A stretch of 64,000 nucleotides of DNA from Octopus vulgaris (GCA_951406725.2 OX597820.1:74896001-74960000); one strand, 5' to 3'; shown: positions 1 to 14,036, counted from the first letter of the stretch. Program-made: numbers and translations. Notes: generated by a model from the letters alone, not told the origin.

Positions 1-1862
1 CTCTCACTTCACAGTTTCTCCCTCTCCCCTCTCTCTCTCCTTATCGCCATGTGTATTCTCCTGTGCGCACACTTGTGGCTGTGTCTGTGTGTCTCCAAAA
101 CACCTGCACCAATTTATCACACACCGAGAATGATTTGCGATTTTATTTCAACCCTCAGTTTCTTAAGTATAAATCACGCCAAGATCAACTTTGATTTTCA
201 TTTCTTCAAATGTCAGTCTAGTGTGTTAGCGTTGTTAGAATGCCCGACGATGTGCCTTGCACGCAATCTATTCTTGGTCTGTGTTTTTTCAGTTCAAATC
301 TTGCGTCAAGAATTGTGACCGACAACATATTGACAATCTAAGAATCAAGAGATTTTTTGCTTTTATACGTTTTAGTCAAGAGCGAAGGCAGCCTTTATGA
401 TTTTTCCCACGGTATCCAGGACAACTGAGAAGGAAGGCAAGAGGAATGTGTCCTAAAACTAAAAAACAAAAAAATGCCCCTTTGCTTTCGGCCAAATAGG
501 CATAATTTTGGATGATACTCCGTACGCAATTAATTCTCTCTACATTTTCTGTTGAGCAAAACGCTTTTTTTATTTCCTAGACGCAAGAACACATAATTCT
601 CGTTACCGGTTTCCACGACGTATATGTAGCCGTGATCACAACACTCCTCTTCAACGGAAAGCCGATTCGTTGCGGGATCCAATGCTAGCAATTTTTAGGG
701 GTAGGTCGATTAGATAGACCCCAGTACTTGGTTTGTTCTTTAATTTATCGCCCCCTCCCTAACCTTAACGCCCCGCCCACCAAATTGATTAAAACAAAGT
801 TGACCTTGGTGGGATTTGAACTCTGAAAGTATAAAGCCGGAAGAAATGCTGCTAGGTATTTTTTCAGATGTGCTAATGATTCTATCAGTTCGCTGCGTTT
901 GCTAATTAGAATAAATAATGAAGAATTTTAGAGCGTTGTACAAAATGTCGAACATTTACTCACGACTCTTTAAATGCTGTGGGCCGAATCTCATTGAAAT
1001 CAACGGTTCATTTCAATCTCGCATGGTTGGTAAAACAAAATGTCAGTGAAGCACAAGGAATCATGTGTATAATAATCTCCAGTATCCTCCACCAAACTTC
1101 CGTTTTGCGATCATATCAAACATAGATTTCTAGATACTGATATTTCTATATTAATTTCACACTACATCTAAATGAACTTAAACTGTCACCTTTCTGCGGA
1201 TAGCAAAAAGGAAATGGTTAGAGTATTTGAGAATTCCATATTTCTGTTCTTCTATCTATGTCAAGAACAAATATTTTTTATCAATGTCTAAATTATCTAG
1301 ATTTTGTTTCACTGACGATGAGTAGGGTCTTGGATTACGAATAGGGCAGATGGCAGTTGTATGTTTTACTAACATTGAATTGTCTTTATCTTTTTGACAC
1401 TTACATTTTAATGGAACAGTCAGCCTGTGACGAAGTTGTTTCGTTCTCGTCTGTCGATAACGAAAAGTATACTGATGGTTATTTCGATGGATACTATAGT
1501 TAGATGACCCCTTCAAAAGGGATGTGGTTTAATTAATCTGTATTTTTAGAGGTCTGACATCCTGTCCTTAGAAATCCACCATTTATAAGATACAGAAACA
1601 AAGGGTCGTTTCCCATGCACAAATACGCACACACATAGGGGCATACAAAAACAATATGTGTATATGAGAGACAGACAGAGAAACGCCAGTCAATCGTCTG
1701 CTTTTAATGATAAATTTAAACCTTTTAGAAAATATTGAGTAAGGGAACCTCATTACTGTTTGATTATTTTCACAAAAAAAACACACATGTACATATATAT
1801 ATGTGTGTGTACGTATACATGCATACATGCATACATACATACATACATGCATACATACATAT

Positions 1863-1893
<31 letters not shown>

Positions 1894-2159
1894 CATACAT
1901 ACATACATACGTATGGGGATAAAGATACGAGGTGGTACCCAAAAGAAACCGGAATTTTGGAATTTTATTGTATTCACTTAGTTTTTACATGTTTACATTT
2001 TATCGCATTCGAAGTATTCCCTATTCGAAGCAATGCATACGTCCAGGCATATTTTCCACTATTCGAATCATTGCTGGAACTCTTGCGAAGTGATGCCTTT
2101 CAACACATCTCTCGTATTTTTCTTCCCCTTTTCCACATCTGCAAATTCCATAACACCAT

Positions 2160-2302
2160 TATGTACATTATTTACAATTGACGGATATTTGTCCTCATCT
2201 TGTTTGTTGTTCACACAACGTTTCGGCTGATATACTCTCCAGCCTTCATCAGGTGTCTTGGGGAAATTTTGAACCTGCGTTCTCATTCGTAAGGTATTTT
2301 TC
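2160..2302 (-). mobile_element. Penelope-like element terminal-repeat fragment inserted in the mariner
   Basis: Carries a minimal hammerhead motif typical of Penelope-like repeats; abuts (TTA)n(GTA)n. Confidence 0.55.
2213..2256 (-). ncRNA. Minimal type I hammerhead ribozyme motif
   Basis: Minus strand reads ACAC-CUGAUGA-A-GGCUG(gagaguauau)CAGCC-GAAAC-GUU-GUGU: intact core, 5-bp helix II, 4-bp helix I, palindromic ACGU helix III. Confidence 0.7.
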
Positions 2303-2310
2303 TATATTAC

Positions 2311-2446
<136 letters not shown>

Positions 2447-3227
2447 CCTCATCTCTTAAATTATTATAGTTCTTCATCTCTTAAATATGGAACAGTATTT
2501 CCAAGCACCAGTCATGCCCTTCGGAAAAAACTTTCAATTCCCGACACGCATTCTGTCGTGACTGCTTTTGATCTTCCGTGAGAAAGCGATGCAGAAATTT
2601 TGCTGCAACTCTTTTCATTCACAGTACCTCGTTCAAAAATTGTTGGCAGAGAGGCTCCAGGATACACCACGTATCAACAATTTTGTCAATTCTTCGGTGA
2701 AGTTCCTCTAAAATCAGTTCGTGAATTTTCATGATGATTTCATTCGTTCGGGAGATCAACGATAGTCCTAAACGAGGTTGTTCTTCAAGCGACAGGTGAA
2801 GCATGAAAATCACTCGTAAACTTGTGTTTTGCTCATGGCAGCGGCCTTGTAGGGTTTTTTGAAGCATGACAATTGTTTCCGCCGCCGCCGCCGTCGTTTT
2901 CCCCAGCAGATATCAGAATTTCATGGAAGCACGATATCCTTCCGTTTCAGCCATCTCAGATTTCGACTAACAGAGCAGAAGCAGTGCATAACAAAGATAC
3001 ACCACTTAGTGCGGCTACACCCGACGAAGCCAGTCGATAGATTGATGCTGAAGGGTTGCAACAGGGCGCTTCTTGCGGCGGAAGGCTGAACTACAAATGC
3101 TTGCCCCACTGAGAACGTTTCCGGTTACTTTTGTGTACCCCTCCTATATGTATACATATACACATGCATACATACATACATATATATATATATACTTACA
3201 AATATATACACACATATATATGCATGT

Positions 3228-3260
<33 letters not shown>

Positions 3261-3957
3261 TATGTATAGAGAGAGAGAGAGAGAGAGAGGGAAGGAGGGA
3301 GAGAGATACGCAAACACGCATATTCATAGAAAGATATATACATTTAAATATCCACGTCACCGTTTCCTCTCGCCTTCTCACTCTTCCTCCTTGACTATCT
3401 CGTTGCTGACACGTGACGAAAGGCCATCTATATCTTTCTTTTTTCTATTTCCTTCCTAAAGACAAGACGTGCTTTTACCTGTCTCTTCTCAAAGCTCGTT
3501 TTTCTAGCGTTCGTAATCTTCACACCGTCTTGACTAAACAGCCCTCACCGTTTGTTTTTACCGTCATTTTCTCACTGTCTTGTTTTTGTTACCACTTTCA
3601 CCTTCCGCAAAAAAATCCCGAATTCTATTTAATTTGCTTTGCGGGAAAGACTGTTTTAACGCAGCCGCGTCGTGTCCTTACCTTCTAAAACGCGGGGTAG
3701 ATGAAACAGCGGACAACTGATCAAGGGAATATTCTTTATGCTGCATGTCTCGGTTCTCTGCTTGTTATCTTTCGTTGTTCGAAAAAAGTTCGTTTTCTAT
3801 GTTTTTGTTTTTTATGTTCTCGTTTCTCATTCTGTCTACGTTTCTTTGTTGGCTTGTACCCATATATGCATGTATATAAACATACATATATGTATGTATA
3901 TATACATATATTTATATATTATACATATTATTATACATATACATGTATATAATATAT

Positions 3958-4175
3958 GGAATTAATCCACCGCAGAAAAAAAGAATGAAGAACAAGTACA
4001 AGAACAAAAACCCGAATACGTGTAACGTGCTAAATATTAGTACACACTCAGGGAAGGAAAGAAAGGGAGTTTTACGTTTCGAGCAAAGCTTTTCGTTAGA
4101 AACAGGAGACAGAGGAATGTCTAAGAGAAAAGAAAGATGGAGGAAAATACTCGCCAACGATCCACATGTGTTTAG
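3958..4175 (-). mobile_element. Penelope-like fragment with decayed hammerhead
   Basis: Minus strand GTTT-CTAACGA-A-AAGC-TTT-GCTC-GAAAC-GTA-AAAC at 4069-4103; resembles 49090-49205. Confidence 0.5.
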
Positions 4176-4185
4176 ATTACATATA

Positions 4186-4242
4186 AATATATATATATAT
4201 ATATATTTACGTTCTTGGCCCAGTTTGTATTTTTCTACATAA

Positions 4243-4297
<55 letters not shown>

Positions 4298-4330
4298 CGT
4301 TCTTGGCCCAGTTTGTATTTTTCTACATAA

Positions 4331-4413
<83 letters not shown>

Positions 4414-4446
4414 CGTTCTTGGCCCAGTTTGTATTTTTCTACATAA

Positions 4447-4515
<69 letters not shown>

Positions 4516-4682
4516 TAGATAGATAAATAGATAGGTAAGTAGATAGATAGATATAGATATATTTTTAATTAAAAACAGAAAAAAACAAACAACATGAGTA
4601 TATATATATAGGAATGTATATATGTATATATATACATACATATATATATATATACATACATATATATATATATACCTATATA

Positions 4683-4736
<54 letters not shown>

Positions 4737-5479
4737 TACATGTATGTATGTTTATGTGTGCGTTGAGTGAAGCGTGCGTGAGTACGTACGTAAATATGTA
4801 TGTATGTATAAATATACATATATATATATACATATATATGTGTATATATATCTATATATATGCATACATGTATATATGTATATATATGTGTTTGTGTTGA
4901 GTGTGTGTGCGTTAGTACGTACGTACGTATGTATGTAATCCACGAAAAGCGGCTAAAAAATGCAAAATTTCACATCTTTAATGGTTAGGATCCAACAGAA
5001 TTACTAAAATCTATGAATGTAAAAATAGGTTTAGTAAAACGGCAATTATCTATGGTAGTTCGTTTTTTCATATATATCATTTCTCCAATCACAACATGTC
5101 ATGTTATCGGCTATATAATCAAACCGTATTTAGAGATAACTTCACCCTACTCCAGCCCCAAATACCCCTCTATTCCATATTCGTCTTTACGCCTGTTCCT
5201 TCACTTTTACTCGCTTTGACACTCCGCGTTCGAAAATCGTTCTCATATATCATATGTGGCAGATATACTTCTATATTTCTCCAGAATCTCAATTAATGAA
5301 AAAAAAAAAAGAACTCTCTTTCTCTCTCTCTCTCTCGCTCACTGTCTATCTCTCTTTATGTATGATTACACACAAACACAAACACAGTTATATATATTCA
5401 TTTCTGTGTGTGTTTGTATGTATGTGTGTGAATATATTTATGTGTAAGCTAAACGTAATTACATCGAAGTTTATGTATT

Positions 5480-5523
<44 letters not shown>

Positions 5524-6653
5524 TATATGTATGTATATTTATGTATATACATATATATATACATATATATATATGCATATTTATGTATATACATATATAT
5601 ATATAGACATATATATATATATTTATATGCATGTATATATATATATATATACATGCATATAAATCTGTGTATATACGTATGAATATCTATCTATCTATCT
5701 ATCTATATCTGTATATATATTTATAAACAGATATAACATATATGTGTATATACATATATATAAACCTAAATGCGTGTATACATATATATAATTATGAGTA
5801 TATATACATGCTGATACATATACGAATATATATTTATGAATATTTATAGATATATGTACATGTATGTATAGCTGTTATACGGACACACACACACACGCAC
5901 ACACCAGTCACCCACACACATATATGCACAAACACACACACCCACACACGTACATATGTATATATACAGAAAAACACGTGCATACAGAATACTATATACA
6001 CAAATTTCTACACTCAAGCACACCCGACGAAAGTAAGTATTTCTTGTATTTTAAATTTTTTCCTTTCTATTTCCCCACAGCATAAAACTTGCTGAAGAAT
6101 TTATGAAGTATCGGTATTGAGGAGTTGAGGAGCCATGGTTCTCCATAGTTATGCAAATGGTTTTCTTAAGAAAATCCAATTCTTAACCATCTTTAACCGG
6201 CGATGAAGTAGACAGGTTCATAGAAATTGCATCAATTGAAGAATACATAGAGGAAGAAAATAAAGTATAAATATTATACAAGTAACTAAGAAAACATACG
6301 AAACGAAACGTTTTTGTATTATTTTGGTTTTCAGCATCAACGGAATTCATATTGATTTCTCTCATAACTACTATTTCATCGCAATGAATTTAGTTCACGT
6401 TTTTTCTGTGTCGTAGTATATGCGTGTGTTTTTGCGTGCGTATGTGAGCGTGTATGTGTGTGTGTGTTTGTGCGTGTGAGAGAGAAAGTGAGAGCGAGAG
6501 AGAGAGAGAGAGAAAAAAAGGGACCGAGAGAGAGAGAGAGAAAGAAAGAAAGAGAAAGCGTGTGTATGTAGGAATCTGTATATATGTGTATGTGTCCGTA
6601 TATGTATGCATATCGTACGCGCTCACACTCATATATTTATGTGTGTATACATA

Positions 6654-6706
<53 letters not shown>

Positions 6707-6713
6707 TGCATTG

Positions 6714-6748
<35 letters not shown>

Positions 6749-6906
6749 CACCTATATATCCATTCATATATATGTATCTATATATGTATATTGATAGAGT
6801 GAGTGAGAAAAAGAGATTTATACATATATGCATAGGTATATAAAATTATATTCGTATGTATGTGTATATATATTTACACACATATATATTTGTAAATATA
6901 TTCATG

Positions 6907-6938
<32 letters not shown>

Positions 6939-7140
6939 AATATATATAAATGCATGTATATCTATATGCACACACATGTAGGCATCATCTGTATGTGTGT
7001 ATGTATATCTATCTATCAATATGTATATGCATATACATATATACACACATATATATGCATACATATACATATATATATATATACATACTTATATACTTAT
7101 ATATATATGTATATAACTCTATTCATACCTATACATACAT
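4186..7140. repeat. Field of (AT)n/(AC)n/(AG)n/(ATAG)n microsatellites with short unique spacers
   Basis: Seen directly; source of the YI/HT/CV-repeat ORFs. Confidence 0.9.
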
Positions 7141-8296
7141 AGGTAAGTGTGAGCATGCGTAGATGCACCAGTTAGCTCATATGTCACACCACCCTCATAT
7201 CAGAAGGACCTCTCATTCACTCTCATTGAAATATTATTTCCTGCCACTCCAAATTATATAATATTCTCTTTTGTCTTCCTGAGTGTCTCTCTCTCCTCTC
7301 TCTTTCTCCCTCTCCCCCTCTCTCTGTCTGTCGTTCTTCTTTTCTTCTGTATCTCTCATCCTCTATTTTTCCCTTCCTTTTATTTTATTCTTCTCTCTCT
7401 CCCTCTCTCTCTGTTTCGCCATTGCAAAAGACAGAAAGTTAATAGCAACTTAAATATATGTTTACTACCTGCTAACTGTATATTCGTTATGAATCTTCCA
7501 TGAAGTCAATATTACTATCAGTGATTTATTATAAAACAAACGATGACGTTTTCTTTGTCGCAATCATTTTACATTGAACATCGACAGCAAGTATTAACAC
7601 TGGCATTTGTTGCCGTGGAGTATTGCTATGCATCATAAATATTAGGCAACAGTTTTATTGTATAATATTCGTTATTAACTTTGTGGTTTTACGGTATTGG
7701 TGGTAGTGAATATTACACTGAAAAAATGCGGCAAACGGGAAGGATCTTTAGAGCATTGAAATAAGGTTTCACGGCCCTTGTTGCTCTTCTTTGCATTTTG
7801 AGCTCAAATGCCTCCTATGTTGGCTTTGCCTTTATTCTTCTGGGGGTTGATAAAATGAAGTACCAGTCAAAATCCTGGGGTTGATCAACTGAAGTACCAG
7901 TCAAACACCTGGGCTTGATGTAATCGGTTACCAGGTCCCCGAAAATCTAAGGCCTTGTGTTGTTCTTAGAAAGCTGTATTAAACCGTTAGGGGGACATCG
8001 CGCTAATCGGCGCAACGGAGATTTGAAGAAAATACTTTGTTCCTGGCATTTTCCATCTGAGTTCAAATGCCACCGATGTTATTCTTTTATTTATTTCAGT
8101 TATTAGATTACGCCCATGCTAGGGCACTGCATTGAAGAATTTTTAGTCGAATGAATCGACGCCAGTTAAGTTACCATTCTTTAGAATGTCTATAAAACAC
8201 TATACCAATCAAGTATTGGGTTGATAAAGTCTATTATTCGCTCCACTCAAAATTTCTGACCTTGTGTCTAAATCGGAAACCTGTTATTAAAGAGAC

Positions 8297-8510
8297 ATGA
8301 TTGTTGTTGTTGTTGTTGTTGTTGCTGCTGCTTTGTTTTTGCGTATCCCTCAGTCAAGGAAATAGGCTTAGGAAGAGGAAGATTCCAAATGTGGCCACCC
8401 TGTTTCGTTATCGGTATTTAGAGAAACATAATATTCGATGTCTCTTTTCGTTGCTTGCTTGTTGTTTGATTTTATTTTTCATAGATTCAAAAGAGTTAAA
8501 GAGAGAGGGG

Positions 8511-8548
<38 letters not shown>

Positions 8549-9582
8549 GGCGCGAGGGAGATAGGTAGTGAGATCTAGCTGTTATTTCTTGTGGGACGAA
8601 AAATAACGTCATAACCTTTCCTTCCACTTTGATCATTCAGTCTTATTGAATGGTGAAGAATTGTACTTGACTGGTACTTTGAAACTTATTGCAGCTGTGG
8701 TAGTAACTGTAGCAGTCGAAGTGAAAATCTACTTCTTTTATTTTTTACCTAACGAGGTAGAATGATACCGAACTGTACTAAAGATTAAATTACGAAGGTG
8801 ATAAGGGTGATATAGCTTTTACATTCTGAGACATAAACTTTCAAGCACAGTAAACTCATTCTGACGAGTAACTAAAGGTGGTTCGGTTTAGTGGTTTTTT
8901 GCGGTTAATGGCAAAAAACCACTAAACCGAACCACCTTTAGTTACTCGTCAGACTAGAACTACTAGCTAAATTCTCCATTACATCCAAACGGAGCCAGAT
9001 TAAAAGATGCAAATGGTACGTGAGAATGAGTTTACTGTGCTTGAAAGTTTATGTCTCAGAATGTAAAAGCTATATCACCCTTATCACCTTCGTAATTTAA
9101 TCTTTAGTACAGTTTGGTATCATTCTACCTCGTTAGGTAAAAAAAAAATTGAAAACCAGAAAAAGAAGTAGATTTTCACTTCGACTGCTACAGTTACTAC
9201 CACAGCTGCAATAAGTCTCAAAGTACCAGTCAAGTACAATTCTTCACCATTCAATAAGACTGAATGATCAAAGTGGAAGGAAAGGTTATGACGTTACTTT
9301 TCGTCCCACAAGAAATAACAGCTAGATCTCACTACCTATCTCCCTCGCGCCCTCCTCTCTCTCTCTCTCTCTCTTTCTCCCCCTCTTTCTCTAACTCTTT
9401 TGAATCTATGAAAAATAAAATCAAACAACAAGCAAGCAACGAAAAGAGACATCGAATATTGTTTCTCTAAATAAAGATAACGAAACAGGGTGGCCACATT
9501 TGGAATCTTTCTCTTCCTAAGCCAACTTCCTTGACTGAGGGTTACGCAAAAACAAAGCAGCAACAACAACAACAGCAATCAT
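8297..9582. repeat. Long inverted repeat (arms 8297-8862 and 9023-9582) with inner 43-bp perfect hairpin (8860-8953)
   Basis: Arms are reverse complements with scattered differences; the mirror ORFs 8301+ and 9578- give near-identical peptides. Confidence 0.95.
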
Positions 9583-9902
9583 TGTTTGATTGCCGAAGGT
9601 GTAGTAGATGAAGTAGTATTTATGGTGATATCTATAAAAGAACACTCGTGAGGTTAACTTCGGGTCAGCCCTAAACGTAGCACAACTATGTTCAGAGACC
9701 GCATATATTCCAGCTACGTCCATGCTGTCTTATGTTAGTCACAGCATATGTAAGTTCACTGAGGTTTTAGTTTCTTCTTCGTAGACCAATTAATCTACTC
9801 AAAGAAATGGATTGCTATCTCTAAGCAATCGAGCGTTAGATTAGAGTTCTTCCGCGTCTGTGTGTTGGGTCTCTATTTTCAGTAATCTCTCTCCTCATAC
9901 TT

Positions 9903-10142
9903 TTAAAGCCTAGCCAGGCTCATGGGCCCGGTTTCCCGGTTTCAATGGCGTATGTGTTCCCCAGCTAGATGGGACGCCATTCCATCGCAGCGTTACTCAT
10001 TTTTTTCCAGCAGAGTGCACTGGAGAAACGTGAAATGAAGTGTTTTACTCAAGAACACAACGCGTCGCCCGGTCCAGGAATCGAAACAACAATCTTACGA
10101 TCATAATGCTGACAACCTAACCACTAAGCCACGCGCCTCCAC
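9903..10142 (-). mobile_element. tRNA-derived SINE, family C (CORE-like middle)
   Basis: Minus-strand A box TGGCTTAGTGG and B box GTTTCGATTCC; related copies at 14037, 20705, 27070 and (head only) 56325. Confidence 0.8.
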
Positions 10143-11214
10143 ATTTTCATTAATGATTGCTCAAAATTATATTGCGATAATTCACTGTTAGTACGTGTGA
10201 ATGGAGCTTCCCGCATACATGGGCGTTTTTAGATTGTTATGTATGTATATTTTTCTCGGTTATTTTACGTGTATTCGAATATCCTATGTAGAACAATTGT
10301 TTGTACACGCATTAACACACCTATTAAGTTTTATTAACGTAGGTTTTTCATACTTGCTTCGTTATCATTTCTACTTTACATTGAACAATAGGTTTCCCAA
10401 CCCAATAGCATTTTTAGTGGCCCTTATCATCTGAACGAAATGATAATAGCGCTAATTTGTTGTTGCGTTGTATAGTAAGCAATAAATGATCATGGAAATA
10501 ATAATATACCAAGTAAACTCATTATCACCGGAAATTAATATTGATTAGCAATAAACTGCCAGTTAGTTTTATATTTATTTCACGCCCTGCGCAATATTTG
10601 TTTGGTGGATTTTATATTTTGTTTCAAGATTAACTTCTGTGGCTATACAACTTATTTTTCATGGAATTCCACACAGGATCTTAGTGCGATCAACTAAAGT
10701 TATGTTGTCTAGTTTTTCTTTCCAGTTTTTCTTTTTTTGTGTTAAGCATTATAATACGCTGTGACTGTTTCTTTCGTGTAAATGCATGCTCATCGAACGA
10801 GAAAGATTCTTTTCTACCTATTAAAAATAAAACTTCTACAAAACTTCGCTATTGATCTTTCATCCAGGTGTGAAGATGAAAATGAAAGAAATTTAAACAG
10901 TTATTGACTTTGTAAAATTAATTTTTTTGAACTTATCCTAATTAGGAAATATGAAAAATCCTCAACAAAATGAACGTTATACATACTTACGCACACACAC
11001 ACATACACGCGCAAACGCTTAGAGACGCACTGGCATGGAGACATATATTAGATATTAGCAACGTCATGTCTTCTAAATAACATGGTTGAAAGAAACTTTA
11101 AAATCTGTTTTCCCTATAAATACACATACATGAATAACGTTTGTTATTATGTTCAGTTAAAATAAATTAATCTCAAGGGTTTACCTACACTTTTGTAGTG
11201 TACCATTTTTTATT

Positions 11215-11430
11215 ATTCTTTTCTACTCTAGGCACAAGGCCAAGAATTTTGGGGAGGGGGATAGTCGATTATATCGACCCCAGTACGCAAGTGCTACTTA
11301 ATTTATCGACCCCTGAAAGAATGAAAGGCAAAGTCGACATCGGCGGAATTTGAACTCAGAACGTAAAGCCAGACAAAACACCACTGAGCATTTAGCCCGG
11401 TGTGCTAATGCTTCTGCCAGATCGCCGCCT
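11215..11430 (-). mobile_element. tRNA-derived SINE, family B (Meta-like middle), near full length
   Basis: Head GGCGATCTGGCAGAA..GAGTTCAAATTCC; middle CTTTGCCTTTCATTCTTTC..GTCGATAAATTAAGTA; tail CCTTGTGCCTAGAGTAGAAAAGAAT. Confidence 0.85.
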
Positions 11431-11777
11431 TACGAATTTTATTATTCTGAAACCAGACCTGATAGTGAATTCGAAATTTCAACCAGCACTACGATAATGC
11501 CATAGCTGACCAAAGCTTCGAAGTCACAATTAATAATGTTCTTCTTGAAAAATTACACACACACACACATACTATTTTACTCGTTTCAGCCATGCTGGAG
11601 CACCGGGGAAACAATGATTTCGTTTCTGCCTGTGCTTGAAAGTGCTTGAAACTCTCAGCTTTGAAGAACTTTGTAACTTTTCTCAATTAAAAGAAAATAA
11701 ATATAATAACATTAATAATATACTCATATCTTCAACTCTAAGTATCCTGTTTGTACTATCAAAACAGCATATGTGTG

Positions 11778-11825
<48 letters not shown>

Positions 11826-11981
11826 CACACACACACACACACATAGTAAAGTTTATTTGGCAACATAATGTGGCAGTCCTGACTAAAACTGTTACTACTT
11901 TTTAACCCCAGGAAAACACACACACACACACATGTATATGTATATATATATATATATATATATACATATGTGTCTGTGTGT

Positions 11982-12016
<35 letters not shown>

Positions 12017-12674
12017 GATGTGTGTGTATGTGTAAACATATATATATACAAACATACACATGTACACGCAGGCACACGCAGGCACACGCATGCACACACA
12101 CACAAACACACACACATTCTAGTATACAAATAAATGTAAAAGTATGTGTGTATTGGTACGTGTGTAAGTGTGTGTGTGTCTATGTGTGAGAGAGGTATAT
12201 ATATGTATATAAGTCAGAGAGAACAAAAGCGTTGGGAGAAAAAGAAAGTGAAAGGGAGAGGAAAAGTGAGAGAAGGAAAGTGTGTGAAAGAGAAGGAGAG
12301 AAGGGAGAGATATAGATCAAGAAATAAAGAGAGAGGGAGTTGGGGAGAGTTACACTATTTTTCGCGGTAGTAATGATAACGGTGTCGACGGCTTCTGCAT
12401 TATATTGCAACGGTGGTTGTGACAGCGGCGACGGATACCTGAAGCCATGAGTATATTGGCGACAATACTTGGGAAAGGCATTGCTAGTTGTTACAGCGGT
12501 AACTGCCGTGGCGGTGACGACGTTGATATTCGTTGTGCGGTTGTCAGAGTGACACAATACTCCTGTCACAACTGCAGGAGTATTATTAGGCGCAGATGGA
12601 GTTAAAATGGCGATGGAATTAGGCGGTTTATAAAGATTTCGTAAAGCTGATTGTATTAGTGGATGTTGTGCCTG

Positions 12675-12703
12675 TAAAATTATTATTATTATCATCATCA
12701 TCA

Positions 12704-12760
<57 letters not shown>

Positions 12761-13235
12761 GTAGTAGTAGTAGTAGTAGTAGTAGCAGCAGCTGTGGCAG
12801 TGCCTGTGGTGCTGGTTTGACGTGACTGCTACAATGGGGATTGCAGTAATAGTAAAAATTTGGCGACTGCTATTGGTAAAAGTGGTGTTGTTAGCGATTG
12901 TATGCGCTCTGTTTGTGATAATGCTGTTAATAAGGATAGCGAATGATTTCAATAATAACTGTAATAATGAAGCTGTTGTTAATAACGGCAATGGTGATGG
13001 TGGTGGTGGTGATAGTGGTGGTGGTGGTCGTCGTCGTTGTAATGGTGTTGTTAGTGGTCGTAGTGGTGGTGTTGGCGGTGCTGGTGTTTGTGGTAGTGGT
13101 AATAGTTGTGGTAATGGTAAGTTCGTGGCAGCGTTGGCAGTGGTGGTGCTGATAGTAGTAGTGTTGGTAGTGGTGGTATAGGTGGCAGTGGCGTTGGTGG
13201 CGGATGTTGTGGTGGTGGTGGTGGTGGTGGTGAAG
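12675..13235. repeat. Compound trinucleotide array (ATT/ATC/GTA/GGT and degenerate derivatives)
   Basis: Seen directly. Confidence 0.9.
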
Positions 13236-13711
13236 GCGGATTTATTAGTCCATGCTGATTGTAATTTTTGGTTTAGGCAGTGTTTGTTGTTGTTTTGATC
13301 CATATCAGCCTTGATCCATATCATCCTTGAACGAACAAACCTATGATGAAACGATGCCATAGCATAGCCGCATTCTTTGGTCTGAAACATATGTACGAAA
13401 GGCGAGTTACAACCGTGGCCATCCTGTTTGTTTTTAATTTTGATTGTCTAGCTATTGCCGAACCCTGAAAACAATATTCAATGTAAACTTCTTTTATGAT
13501 GGCGTGGCTGTGTGGTAAAAAGATAGTTTCCCAATCTCATAGTTGCGGGTTCAGTCTCTCTTCGTTACATCTTGGGCGAGTGTCTTCTGTTATAACCTCA
13601 GACCAACCAAAGATTTGTGAATGAATTTGGTTGACGGAAAGTGAAAGAAGTCCGTTGTATATGTATGTGTGCATGCGCGCACGTGTGTGTGTGTGTTTGT
13701 GTATGTGTGTG

Positions 13712-13911
13712 TTCAAAGGTGTACTGAAAATTTCCTGTTTTGGGGGTAAAAAAAATATAATGGGGAATCAGTTAATTATGATTTTATTCAACATATTCCC
13801 CTCTCAGATTCACTTGCATATTGCAGCAGTCCTTCAGTGTTTTCAAGTCATGTAAAAGAACTGGGAAGGTTGGGCCTTCAACCAGGTCTTTGGCGATACC
13901 CTTAAAGCCAG
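13712..13911 (-). mobile_element. Mariner 3'-end fragment / MITE
   Basis: TIR-like CAAAGGTGTACTGAAAATTTCCTG; minus-strand peptide LKDCCNMQVNLRGEYVE* resembles a mariner C-terminus. Confidence 0.6.
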
Positions 13912-14036
13912 TATGTGTGTGTGTGTTCGTGTTTGTTCCTCTCCTCCCCCCGTTTGACAGCTAGCGTTGGTGTGTGTATGTCCTATAACTTAGTGGTTTA
14001 GCAAAAAGAACCGATAGAATAAGTACCAGGCTATAT

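Noticed and set aside
1-420. Possible promoter/5' UTR or 89-aa ORF after a CT-rich tract
   Set aside because: No recognisable domain or clear splice signals; cannot be supported without transcript data.
8301-9578. Pair of apparent signal-peptide ORFs (MLLLLL..CFCV)
   Set aside because: The Leu run is (TTG)n with a non-ATG start; the two ORFs are just the palindrome arms.
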